Of a DNA stretch of 53,890 nucleotides, positions 1 to 8,558 are shown in pieces. The position numbers and the translations under genes are program-made. How positions within the stretch are numbered: the stretch's first letter is position 1; every line of letters starts with the position of its first letter. The notes below the pieces were generated by a model. It did no database searches and was not told the DNA's origin. It saw only the letters and a list, made by a program, of their open reading frames with translations. The DNA is from Candidatus Onthoplasma sp. (GTDB taxonomy: Bacteria > Bacillota > Clostridia > Christensenellales > UBA1242), in the NCBI GenBank assembly GCA_045598895.1, contig JAZRUZ010000036.1, positions 1-53,890 on the forward strand, written 5' to 3'.

Positions 1-13
1 ATTATAAATATGT

Positions 14-46
14 AAAAAATGAATTATTCTATGTAATTCATTTTTA
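14..46 (-). terminator. Rho-independent terminator downstream of the radical SAM gene (usable in both directions)
   Basis: 8-bp hairpin ATGAATTA (19-26) / TAATTCAT (34-41), flanked by an A-run and a T-run. Confidence 0.45.
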
Positions 47-80
47 TTTTTGTACACAAAGAATATTTAATAAATTTATT

Positions 81-956
81 TTATTTTTTTATATTAAATT
101 CTGGAGTGAAAATACAATCAGCGCTTGATAAATCTTGTGTATACGCATTTATTAATCCTAAATTTAACGCATGATTTACAACTCGCTTGTATTCAACTTT
201 TGTAATTTTTCTTTTTAATTCACTAAATTCATCAGGCACATATTTAGGCTCAAATTGACTCATGATACTAACTATCATGTCTTTTCCTAGTTTGTGAGCG
301 ATAAAATCTAAACAGCGCAAACTATCATTAGTATTGTTCGGCAAAACTAGATGCCTTACTATCACGCCCTTTTTCATAAGCCCATTTTGTATTACGTCAT
401 TTGGTTCATTTTTTCGCATTTCTAATATAGACTTTGTTGCGTTTTCGACATAGTCTTTTGCTTTGCTATATTTAACTGCCAAATTATCGTCCATATACTT
501 TAAATCAACTAAATAAATATCCACTAAACCTTTTAACTTTTTTATAGTATCTACACTTTCATAACCACTTGAATTCCACACAACAGGAATACTAGGCTTG
601 TAAATTTTAAGCGCTGAAATTATTTGATTACTAAAATGTGTAGGTGTAACTAAATTTATGTTTAAAGCGCCTTCATGCTCTAAATCTTTAAAAATTCTAA
701 CAAGTCCATCAATGCTTACTTTCTCACCAATATTCGAGTGACTAATAGGATAATTTTGACAAAATACACATTTTAAATTACAACCTGAAAAAAATATCGC
801 ACCACTACCATAGTTTGAATCTACGCCACTAATAACAGGCTCTTCATAATGGTGAATCATAACCTTGTTAATAACAAGATCGTTGCCTTCTCCACAAACT
901 CCAATAGCTTTCTCTCTATCTATATTACATTTCCTTGGACAAACATTACAATACAT
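81..956 (-). CDS. Radical SAM enzyme, PflX-like (pyruvate formate-lyase activase homolog family)
   Basis: 291-aa ORF. N-terminal Cys cluster CNVCPRKC and the canonical CX3CX2C core (GCNLKCVFCQN). Confidence 0.8.
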   Translation of the reverse strand: MYCNVCPRKCNIDREKAIGVCGEGNDLVINKVMIHHYEEPVISGVDSNYGSGAIFFSGCNLKCVFCQNYPISHSNIGEKVSIDGLVRIFKDLEHEGALNINLVTPTHFSNQIISALKIYKPSIPVVWNSSGYESVDTIKKLKGLVDIYLVDLKYMDDNLAVKYSKAKDYVENATKSILEMRKNEPNDVIQNGLMKKGVIVRHLVLPNNTNDSLRCLDFIAHKLGKDMIVSIMSQFEPKYVPDEFSELKRKITKVEYKRVVNHALNLGLINAYTQDLSSADCIFTPEFNIKK

Positions 957-1050
957 GACTTCATTATAGCACTTTATCTACAATTTGTGTACTAATTTAA
1001 TTATTAGTTCTAAATAGTATCAAATTCGAATAAATTAAATTGAGGTAGTT

Positions 1051-1737
1051 ATGAAAATTAAAAAATTATTATTAGTTGGACTAGCATGCTGTTCACTTAT
1101 ACCACTTACAGCATGTAATTTGAATAAAAGCAGTGATTTATCACAATATCTTATAGAAGAGCGCCAAAATTTATTTACTGCAAACGACAACTTATACACA
1201 GCAACACTTTCCACAGGCTTAAGAGAAGACAATTACGCTTTAGACGGCGTTGTTAACGAAAAAGTAGATTTTGCAATACTATCCTTCTATAAAAACAACA
1301 ATGATCCTATGGCAAACGATACATATTCTTACACTGTAACAGTGGGTGAAAATATTTACACTGGTCAACTCCAAAAAAGTACAAGCGACAACTCATATAT
1401 TGCGGACCTTGGTGAAAAATTGGACTTAACACAAAATATTTCAACCGAAATTAAATTTACAGGATATAACTTTAACCAAGAAATGTGCAATACTTCGAAT
1501 AGTTTTAACGTCGATAACGCTACTGCTATAAAAATTGCCAATAAGGAGTTAAAATCAAAAATCCAATCTGTTAACAAGAGTGCAAACATTGAATCAGTTT
1601 TAAAAATTCTAAAAGATTATTCATCCAGCGAAGTTAAAAATTATTATTGGTACGTGGGCGCAGTATCAACTGAAGGCGACTCTTTTGGAATTTTAATTGA
1701 TGCAAGCACAGGTGAAGTTATAGCAAAAAAGATTTAG
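1051..1737 (+). CDS. Lipoprotein with C-terminal PepSY-like domain
   Basis: Signal peptide ending in the lipobox LTAC. The C-terminal end (...YYWYVGAVSTEGDSFGILIDASTGEVI) resembles the PepSY fold signature. Confidence 0.6.
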   Translation: MKIKKLLLVGLACCSLIPLTACNLNKSSDLSQYLIEERQNLFTANDNLYTATLSTGLREDNYALDGVVNEKVDFAILSFYKNNNDPMANDTYSYTVTVGENIYTGQLQKSTSDNSYIADLGEKLDLTQNISTEIKFTGYNFNQEMCNTSNSFNVDNATAIKIANKELKSKIQSVNKSANIESVLKILKDYSSSEVKNYYWYVGAVSTEGDSFGILIDASTGEVIAKKI

Positions 1738-1756
1738 GTTAACCTAAATCTTTTTT
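1730..1756 (+). terminator. Rho-independent terminator of the lipoprotein gene
   Basis: Perfect inverted repeat AGATTTAGGTT/AACCTAAATCT spanning the TAG stop, followed by TTTTTT. Confidence 0.6.
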
Positions 1757-1802
1757 ATTATTAATTAATAAAATTTAATTACGTAAGAAATTTATTTTTA
1801 GC

Positions 1803-2198
1803 TTAATTTTCTTCAATTAAATAAGTATATTTATCTAAAAAATTAAATGAATCTAAAACTGCATCATCAATATCTTCATCTAAAAATGCGTAAACTTTGT
1901 CTATTAAGTTGACATGGTCATATTTAAATAATCTAAACCTGTCTTCAGCAAGAACAATCGGCATATCTAATTTACGCATAACTGCTTCGCCTAATATTGA
2001 AGAAAAAAAGTTAAAGTAAGCGTTCCTATAATTATAATCACAATTAATGCCAACCGTTCTACACAATTTTTCACATACCAATTCCTTAATTCCTTCGTCT
2101 AAACCTATACTCTTTCTATTCTTAAAATCAATATGCAAAAACTTCTTAACTTTACTTAAAACTTCATCTTCATTAAAATTACAATTTGATACCATCAT
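1803..2198 (-). CDS. Hypothetical acidic protein (131 aa)
   Basis: ORF only; I recognise no family. There is no SD, and the ATG lies 6 nt after a -10 box, so the mRNA may be leaderless. Confidence 0.45.
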   Translation of the reverse strand: MMVSNCNFNEDEVLSKVKKFLHIDFKNRKSIGLDEGIKELVCEKLCRTVGINCDYNYRNAYFNFFSSILGEAVMRKLDMPIVLAEDRFRLFKYDHVNLIDKVYAFLDEDIDDAVLDSFNFLDKYTYLIEEN

Positions 2199-2204
2199 GC
2201 CTAT

Positions 2205-2233
2205 ATTTTAAAACATTTTTGTACAAAAGTCAA
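2205..2233 (-). promoter_or_regulatory. Sigma-70-type promoter TTGACT-17 nt-TAAAAT for the 131-aa gene
   Basis: Minus-strand -35 TTGACT (2228-2233) and -10 TAAAAT (2205-2210) with a 17-nt spacer. The ATG at 2198 sits where the transcription start is expected. Confidence 0.45.
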
Positions 2234-2250
2234 TAATTTTTGTACAAAAA
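2216..2250. promoter_or_regulatory. Two copies of the palindrome TTTTGTACAAAA (candidate operator pair)
   Basis: Perfect 12-bp palindromes at 2217-2228 (inside the promoter spacer) and 2238-2249 (just upstream of the -35). Centre-to-centre distance is 21 bp. Confidence 0.5.
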
Positions 2251-2592
2251 CTACATATTTGATACTTCAAGCAAACTTTTTCTCTCTTTATAGTATCTAA
2301 GTTTCATTTCTTTATACTTTTCACTTAAATCAATTATGTATTTTTGTTTTGCTTCAAGAGATAATGTGTTATAGTATTTTCTGTCCACTAATTCTTGAAT
2401 AGGATTTACAATAATTTCATCTCTATCTAGCATATTACAAACTTTTGCGTATAATTCTTGATCCCTTTGATTCAAACAAAGTTTAGAATAATTTACTTGT
2501 TCGAAAATTGATTTGTCCTTGTTAAAATTTCTCATACGAGATTTAGCATCTCTTGCTAAAAAATATAATTTACCTTTAATTTTCTTTCTCAT
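2251..2592 (-). CDS. Hypothetical basic protein (113 aa)
   Basis: ORF with a strong SD (GAGGTGG) 4 nt upstream of the ATG and a Lys/Arg-rich N-terminus. I recognise no family. Confidence 0.5.
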   Translation of the reverse strand: MRKKIKGKLYFLARDAKSRMRNFNKDKSIFEQVNYSKLCLNQRDQELYAKVCNMLDRDEIIVNPIQELVDRKYYNTLSLEAKQKYIIDLSEKYKEMKLRYYKERKSLLEVSNM

Positions 2593-2781
2593 AATACCAC
2601 CTCATGCGTATTTTTAGAATAGCAAAAATAAGGCATAAATCAAACAAAATAACTAGATTTTTATGTCGAATTTGCTCTATTTTTAAAAGAAAACTTTATT
2701 TTCAACTTACTTAGTGCAAATGAATAAAATTCAAATAACTAAAATACATAAATTATTAAATTAGAATAATTAACTTACAAC

Positions 2782-2810
2782 AAAAAAGTGAAGCCCTACT
2801 CTTCACTTTT
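2782..2810 (-). terminator. Rho-independent terminator after the zinc-ribbon membrane protein gene
   Basis: Hairpin AGTGAAG (2787-2793) / CTTCACT (2801-2807) with a U-tail on the minus strand. Confidence 0.55.
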
Positions 2811-3249
2811 AAAAAATTTTACCACATTTTTCACAAAATTTTGCGCTGGATTTATTTTTAGTTTTACAATCAGGACAAATTTTAATACCTGTTCCTTCAT
2901 TTAATTTTTTGCCACAATGCTCGCAAAAGTTCGCCTTTTTAGAGATGACACGGCCACAAAATTCACACAATCTATCATATTTTGTTCCTTTTGTACTATT
3001 TACATCTCTAACAGATTTGTTTCTTCCAGACATACCTAGCGCAACTCCAAACATTACTGCGCCCAAAATAACTAAGAACAATCCTAATATGATTGCAAGT
3101 ACAATTACTAAATATTTTGACCAATGAGGAATCAAATTATAGACAAATATTCCACCATAGACAGCAGCAACACCTAGAGCAATAACCAAGATAGAAAATA
3201 AAATTAAACTTAATTTTCCGTATCGTTTTTCTCTATATCTAAAACACAT
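2809..3249 (-). CDS. Membrane protein with two C-terminal zinc-ribbon motifs
   Basis: Two predicted TM helices, then CEFCG...CEHCG and CPDCK...CEKCG. Lies 9 nt downstream of the SPFH gene, so probably co-transcribed. Confidence 0.6.
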   Translation of the reverse strand: MCFRYREKRYGKLSLILFSILVIALGVAAVYGGIFVYNLIPHWSKYLVIVLAIILGLFLVILGAVMFGVALGMSGRNKSVRDVNSTKGTKYDRLCEFCGRVISKKANFCEHCGKKLNEGTGIKICPDCKTKNKSSAKFCEKCGKIF

Positions 3250-3258
3250 TTCTAACCC

Positions 3259-4380
3259 CTATTTTACTTTTGTACCACAATCAGGACAAAATTTAGCACC
3301 ACTTTCTAAGTTGGCACCACATTTTGAGCATATATCGGTTTTTACTTTAAGTTTTTCGCCACAATTTGCACAAAATTTACTTCCCTTTGAAATTGGCTCA
3401 CCACATTTAGGACATGTAAACGCAAGAGCAGTACCACACTCTGGACAGAACTTTGCCTTTCCAGAAACAGACGCACCACATTTATGACATTCAATAGTAA
3501 CAGTCTTTTTACTATCTTTGGCCTCACTCATAGCACGATTAAACATACCACTAAGATTAGCACCAGCACCTAAACCAACTCCAAGTCCTGCTAAATTATT
3601 TCCATTTGGATTTTTAGCAGCATCACCCATGGCAGTTGCTGCCTTGTATTGTGTGTACGTGCCAATTTTATCGCCAATTACACCCATCTTTGTTCTTTCG
3701 TCTAACATTTTTTCAACTTCTTCAGGAAGCGAAATATTTTCAATTACAAAATTAGACACTTTCATTCCAAGAGGTTTAAATTCTTCCTCAGCGGCCTTTT
3801 CAACAAGTTTACCTAAATCTCTGTATTTAGAAATTAAATCTAAGGCAGAAATTTTACTTTCACCAATAACATCTGATAAAATTTGAATTAATGATGATTT
3901 ATATTGAGTTACAATATCGCCAACTCTATAAATTTCGTTAGTGCCGAAACATTCACGCATAAAAGCAGTTGGATCAACGACTTTCAAACTAAAAGTTCCA
4001 AAACCACGCAAACGCACATTGCCAAAATCCACATCTCTCATCATTATAGGATTTTGAGTACCCCATTTAAGACCTAAAAATCTTTTTGTATTAATAAAGT
4101 ACACTTCTGCTTTAATACGAGAGTTAAAACCTGTAGGCAAACTTAAAAGTTTAGTTAAGAAAGGAATATTTTCAGTCGCAAGTTTGTAACTACCTGGTCC
4201 AAACACGTCAGCAATTTCACCTTTATGAATAAACATAGCAACTTGGCTCTCTCTTACGACCAAAGTTGAACTATTCATAATCTCATCTCTGTCCGTTAAA
4301 GGATAGCGATAAACAATAACATCATTATTGCTGTCAGTCCACTCAATAACCGACAAAAGTTGTTTTTTAATAAATCCCAT
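3259..4380 (-). CDS. SPFH/band-7 domain protein with three C-terminal zinc ribbons (YdjI-like)
   Basis: 373 aa. The N-terminal ~280 aa resemble the SPFH family that carries a C-terminal Zn ribbon. Three CxxC-N9/10-CxxC units sit at the C-terminus. Confidence 0.7.
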   Translation of the reverse strand: MGFIKKQLLSVIEWTDSNNDVIVYRYPLTDRDEIMNSSTLVVRESQVAMFIHKGEIADVFGPGSYKLATENIPFLTKLLSLPTGFNSRIKAEVYFINTKRFLGLKWGTQNPIMMRDVDFGNVRLRGFGTFSLKVVDPTAFMRECFGTNEIYRVGDIVTQYKSSLIQILSDVIGESKISALDLISKYRDLGKLVEKAAEEEFKPLGMKVSNFVIENISLPEEVEKMLDERTKMGVIGDKIGTYTQYKAATAMGDAAKNPNGNNLAGLGVGLGAGANLSGMFNRAMSEAKDSKKTVTIECHKCGASVSGKAKFCPECGTALAFTCPKCGEPISKGSKFCANCGEKLKVKTDICSKCGANLESGAKFCPDCGTKVK

Positions 4381-4440
4381 AATTACCTCTTAATTTTATT
4401 ATTTCAAAATAGACAAAAATTGTCAAGTGAAAAAAACAAA

Positions 4441-5160
4441 CTAATTTTTTTTATTAACAAATTTTTTACTTAAGAATTCGTCAATTTTGTCTTTATATTT
4501 AATACTGAAATAAAAAGCAAACAAAATAAACAGACCAATTATAGACCAAACAACAATTCCAAATCCTTTAAAAGGAATAACTTTACCACTACCAAAGAAC
4601 ACTGCACAAGCAATGCCAATTGACCTAGAAATTAAATTTGTCACAAAGAAATATTTAAATGACATATCTCCAATTCCAGCCACCATACACAAAACGTCAT
4701 CTGGAAAAAGAGGAAACAACATCATGAGAAAATAAACATATTTCCCACTACTTACAAGGTCACACATTTTGTTAGCATTGTCTTCTCCTGTAAAGAAAAC
4801 AAGTATTTTTCTTCCACATTTTCTACCTAAAAAAAACATTATGCAACTGCCTATCATAATGGATAAGAAACTAATAAAAAATGATTTAATAGGCCCAAAA
4901 AGAATAGAACCTGCTACCGTTACAATAATGGACGGCACCTGAAGAATTGTAGTTTGTAAAATTTGAATAATGGCAAAAACAAGTGGACCAAAAAAACCAA
5001 ATTTTTTAACAATATTTTGGATTTTATCTACTGAATTTATTTGTTCCCACAGTGGACTTCTTCTAATCTTTATAAAAAGAAAAACAAAAATTGTAGCAAG
5101 AAAAAAAGCAAAGATAATTTTAAAAATTTTTTGATTAATCTTTGCCTTTATTTTACTCAT
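4441..5160 (-). CDS. TVP38/TMEM64 (DedA superfamily) membrane protein
   Basis: Multi-pass membrane ORF with the family-like segment VTVAGSILFGP...FFLGRKCGRK. Confidence 0.65.
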   Translation of the reverse strand: MSKIKAKINQKIFKIIFAFFLATIFVFLFIKIRRSPLWEQINSVDKIQNIVKKFGFFGPLVFAIIQILQTTILQVPSIIVTVAGSILFGPIKSFFISFLSIMIGSCIMFFLGRKCGRKILVFFTGEDNANKMCDLVSSGKYVYFLMMLFPLFPDDVLCMVAGIGDMSFKYFFVTNLISRSIGIACAVFFGSGKVIPFKGFGIVVWSIIGLFILFAFYFSIKYKDKIDEFLSKKFVNKKN

Positions 5161-5190
5161 ATATATTCTATTATTTATTTTTTAATTTTA

Positions 5191-6594
5191 CTACACTTTT
5201 AATAATTTTAAAAGGTTAGTTCCACCTGTTTTATTGATTTCTCCACAAACGACAACTACATAGTCGCCTTTTTTTGCAAGATTTAATTTTAAAACAAATT
5301 GTTTAACAACATCAAACATTTCGTCAGTAGAAACATATTTCTTTCCTAAAACTGACATAACCCCATAAAGTATAGATGTTTCTAGTTTTACTTTTTCGTT
5401 GTTACAAATAGCTAATAAATCTACGTCTGGCCTATATTTACTTATTAAACTTGCAGTAAGGCCTGTATTGGTAAATACAACTATCACTTTAGCGTTACTA
5501 ATTGATGCTGTTTCAACTGCAGATTTTGCAATAATTTCAGTAGTTGAATTGCATTTTCTATTAGCCAAATCCGAAAAATCTATTTCTAAATTCTTTTCAG
5601 TTGCAAGGCACGCTTCGGCCATAGTTTTAACTGCTTCCACAGGATAATTTCCACTAGCAGTTTCGCCAGACAACATAACAGCACTTGTTCCGTCATATAT
5701 AGCATTTGCTATATCGCTTATTTCAGCCCTAGTTGGACGAGGAGAATCAATCATACTTTCTAGCATTTCAGTAGCAGTTATTACTGCCTTACCATTTTCT
5801 CTACTTTTTCTAATAATAGTCTTTTGAATCTGAGGAACTTTACTTATATTTACTTCTACTCCTAAGTCACCACGTGCAACCATTATTCCATCACTCGCTT
5901 CAATAATTTCATCTAGATTTTTAACGCCCAATTTTGACTCAATCTTTGAAATAATTTTCATTGTACCATTGTGTGTCTTAATAAATTCTCTAAGCTCGTT
6001 AACATCTTCAATGGAGTTTACGAAACTTGCTGCAACAAACTCAATTTTATTCTTTATAGCCCACAACAAATCAGTCTTATCTAATTCGTTTAAATATGGT
6101 GTATTAAATTTTAAATTAGGAATACTCATACTTTTTTGATTTGCAATTACTCCAGAATTTAATGCCTTTGTAAACACATTACCATCTTCTATTTTAGTAA
6201 CCCTGAAATTTAAAAGTCCATTACAAGTAAGTATCTTTTGTCCAACTTCTAATTCACTTAGAACTTTTGGCATGTTTACACTAACCATATGTTCACTACC
6301 TATAAGATCTTTAGTCGTAAAGATGAATTCTTGACCTTTAACTATCTTTGCACTACCATTTTTAAAAGTCTTAACTCTTAATTCCGGTCCTCTTGTATCT
6401 AAAAGTATTGGAAGATTTACTTTTAGTTCGTTCCTAACTTTTTTTACATTTTCGAGAACTGACGCATAAAAAGTGTTAGTTGAATGAGATAAATTTATCC
6501 TAACTATATTCATGCCAGCATTGACCATCTTTTTTAGCATAGAAACACTATTAGTCTTTGGTCCAATTGTGGCAATAATCTTTGTCTTTTTCAT
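5191..6594 (-). CDS. pyk: Pyruvate kinase
   Basis: MKKTKIIATIGP N-terminus and the MVARGDLGVE motif. I chose the ATG at 6594 (SD GAGGGG upstream) over the TTG-extended ORF ending at 6642. Confidence 0.9.
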   Translation of the reverse strand: MKKTKIIATIGPKTNSVSMLKKMVNAGMNIVRINLSHSTNTFYASVLENVKKVRNELKVNLPILLDTRGPELRVKTFKNGSAKIVKGQEFIFTTKDLIGSEHMVSVNMPKVLSELEVGQKILTCNGLLNFRVTKIEDGNVFTKALNSGVIANQKSMSIPNLKFNTPYLNELDKTDLLWAIKNKIEFVAASFVNSIEDVNELREFIKTHNGTMKIISKIESKLGVKNLDEIIEASDGIMVARGDLGVEVNISKVPQIQKTIIRKSRENGKAVITATEMLESMIDSPRPTRAEISDIANAIYDGTSAVMLSGETASGNYPVEAVKTMAEACLATEKNLEIDFSDLANRKCNSTTEIIAKSAVETASISNAKVIVVFTNTGLTASLISKYRPDVDLLAICNNEKVKLETSILYGVMSVLGKKYVSTDEMFDVVKQFVLKLNLAKKGDYVVVVCGEINKTGGTNLLKLLKV

Positions 6595-6675
6595 AAACCC
6601 CTCTAATATTATTATACCATAATAACAAAATATGACAAACAATTTAAAAGGTTAAAAAGAAAATCTAAATTTATA

Positions 6676-6703
6676 TTGTAAAATAAAAATTTTATGCTAT
6701 TAT
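6676..6703 (+). promoter_or_regulatory. Candidate ssrA promoter (TTGTAA-16 nt-TATTAT)
   Basis: -35 at 6676-6681 and -10 at 6698-6703, ending 8 nt before the GGGG 5' end of the tmRNA. Confidence 0.4.
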
Positions 6704-6711
6704 ATATACAT

Positions 6712-7062
6712 GGGGATGATTTAGTTTCGACTAATAAGTTCTAACTTTATACGCATGTCGTGTGGTGGCACGTTAAATACACATTTCGTGTCTACGAAAA
6801 AAAATAAACGACAAAACAAATTTACTTGCTACTGCTGCTTAGTCAGCGAGCCGTTAGTCTGTTGGTACCGATACAATAGAGCCTAACGTCGTTTATCGGT
6901 GAACGTGCTTGTTTATTGCCGAGTAAACAAGTACGCACTTTTCGGCTAGTCTAAAATCAGTGTCAACGAAGTGATTTAGACGAATTTAGACATTGACTAA
7001 ACATGTAGTGTATGATTTTATCGCCTATTAGGACATGGGGGCAGTTCCCATCATCTCCACCA
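6712..7062 (+). ncRNA. ssrA: tmRNA (transfer-messenger RNA)
   Basis: The 5' GGGGAUG pairs with the 3' CAUCUCC-ACCA, giving an acceptor stem with the G3:U alanine identity pair. A T-arm-like GGGGGCAGUUCCCAU is present. The internal tag frame ends ...GAC AAA ACA AAT TTA CTT GCT ACT GCT GCT TAG (stop at 6840-6842). smpB is nearby. Confidence 0.85.
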
Positions 7063-7092
7063 ACAAAAAAAGACTCACAATGAGTCTTTTTT
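7063..7092. terminator. Bidirectional terminator between ssrA and the TM2 gene
   Basis: Hairpin AGACTCA (7071-7077) / TGAGTCT (7081-7087) flanked by an A-run and a T-run. Confidence 0.6.
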
Positions 7093-7093
7093 G

Positions 7094-7330
7094 TTATTTT
7101 ACTTGCCAATCACTAACAGATTGTCCGTCTCCATCTTTTCCTGCGCCACAAACAATAATTACAAAATCAACAAATGCCCATATAGCAGATATTGGCGAAG
7201 TAATTAGTAATATTGTGAGTACCAATTGAGTAATAGCAGCGCCTTTTTTACCTAAATAGAAATTATGAATTCCTAAAGGTCCTAAAAAGAAAGCCAAAAG
7301 TGTAGCAATCAATCTTGATTTATTTGACAT
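7094..7330 (-). CDS. TM2 domain membrane protein
   Basis: LGPLGIHNFYLGKKG signature. The ATG at 7330 is preceded by AGGAGGA; the tracked ORF extends to a TTG at 7381. Confidence 0.7.
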   Translation of the reverse strand: MSNKSRLIATLLAFFLGPLGIHNFYLGKKGAAITQLVLTILLITSPISAIWAFVDFVIIVCGAGKDGDGQSVSDWQVK

Positions 7331-7357
7331 ATTTCCTCCTTTTGTTACAAATATTTT

Positions 7358-7405
7358 AACCGTAAATTTTACGGTTGTCAAGTATTTTACCGTAATTTTT
7401 ACGAT
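7358..7405. promoter_or_regulatory. Two inverted repeats ACCGTAA-N3-TTACGGT in the divergent TM2/XRE intergenic region (candidate operators)
   Basis: A perfect 19-bp palindrome at 7358-7376 and an imperfect copy (ACCGTAA ttt TTACGAT) at 7389-7405, 30 bp apart. Confidence 0.4.
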
Positions 7406-7414
7406 AATATATTT

Positions 7415-7618
7415 ATGAGATTTAATGAAATTTTAAAGAGTTTAAGATTAGAAAAAAAATTATCACAAAAGGAATTAGCAAAAATTCTTAATGTATCCGA
7501 AGACTGCATATATTTTTGGGAAAAAGCACGAAGCGAACCATCAATAGACGATTTAATAAACATATCTAATTATTTTGAAATAACCATTGATTATTTAGTA
7601 GGAAAAACTGAATTATAA
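7415..7618 (+). CDS. XRE-family helix-turn-helix transcriptional regulator (67 aa)
   Basis: LRLEKKLSQKELAKILNVSEDCIYFWEKARSEPSID matches the Cro/C1-type HTH pattern. No SD upstream of the ATG. Confidence 0.8.
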   Translation: MRFNEILKSLRLEKKLSQKELAKILNVSEDCIYFWEKARSEPSIDDLINISNYFEITIDYLVGKTEL

Positions 7619-7620
7619 AA

Positions 7621-7645
7621 AACTCACTTTATAAGTGAGTTTTTT
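7621..7645 (+). terminator. Rho-independent terminator of the XRE gene
   Basis: AACTCACTT / AAGTGAGTT hairpin followed by TTTT. Confidence 0.6.
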
Positions 7646-7723
7646 GAATTCTTTATTTTTTAATTTAATTATCAACTTTAAAATATTTTATTCATATAAA
7701 GCGATATATAAATTTAATTTAAA

Positions 7724-8554
7724 TTAATCTTTATTAAAAAATAGAATACCTAGAGTGTTTGGTCCACAGTGGCTAGATATTGTTGAACTTGCTTCGCAGT
7801 CATAAACTTCTTCAAAACCGTAGTTTTTAAGTGTTTCGCAAATTTGAGAACTGATTACCATTTGACCGGTATGCGTACAGAACGCAATAGATTTATCTGG
7901 ATTTGATGAAGAAAGAACATCGTCAACATATTTCTTAAGACATCCGTTTATTCCACCCATGTACTTTTTAGTTACACCCATTTTACCGTCAACTACTGAA
8001 ATTTTTGGTTTTATCATTAATAACTTTGCACCAAGGAGAGCAAGACTGCTACACCTTCCACCTTTATGCAAATAAGTCAAAGTATCAATCAAGAAGCTTG
8101 TTTGGACTTTTGAAACATGGTTACTTATGTCTTCTATAATTTCTTCAGGCGTCTTGTTTTCTTCTCTAAGTTTGCACGCACGAAGAACAAGTAAAGCAAT
8201 TCCAGAAGAAAGGTTTTTTGAATCGATTACTGTGGCATTAATTCCATTTGTTGCGTTAATAGCATTAGCAGTGCTAGAAGTCATGTCGCCAGACAATGAA
8301 AAGTGAATAACATAATCATTCTCTTTTAGTAAATTTTCAAAATATTCCCTATATGAAAATTCATTTCTAGCAGAAGTCTTTGGAAGATTACCTGTCTCTT
8401 TTACATAGTCAAAAATTTGACTGGAACTAATCTCATTATCTTGGTATTCTTTATCGCCCAAAGTTAAACAATATGGTAAAATATAAACACCATATTTATC
8501 ATAAAACTCTTTTGGCATGTCACATGCGCTATCTGTAGATATTGCAATTTTCAT
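7724..8554 (-). CDS. DegV family fatty-acid-binding protein
   Basis: MKIAISTDSACDMP N-terminus, LPKTSA and SLSGDMTSS motifs typical of DegV. Confidence 0.85.
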   Translation of the reverse strand: MKIAISTDSACDMPKEFYDKYGVYILPYCLTLGDKEYQDNEISSSQIFDYVKETGNLPKTSARNEFSYREYFENLLKENDYVIHFSLSGDMTSSTANAINATNGINATVIDSKNLSSGIALLVLRACKLREENKTPEEIIEDISNHVSKVQTSFLIDTLTYLHKGGRCSSLALLGAKLLMIKPKISVVDGKMGVTKKYMGGINGCLKKYVDDVLSSSNPDKSIAFCTHTGQMVISSQICETLKNYGFEEVYDCEASSTISSHCGPNTLGILFFNKD

Positions 8555-8558
8555 AAAA

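Noticed and set aside
5191-6642. Longer N-terminally extended ORFs from alternative starts (pyk to 6642, TM2 protein to 7381, secG to 11739, prmC to 47092, spoVG from 50129)
   Set aside because: The extensions start at TTG or GTG or lack an SD, and they add non-conserved residues. Internal starts with good SDs reproduce the canonical family N-termini.
7063-8554. Genomic island or prophage remnant integrated at the 3' end of ssrA
   Set aside because: There is no integrase and no duplicated copy of the ssrA 3' end downstream. The region holds only three small or ordinary genes (TM2, XRE, DegV) before smpB.
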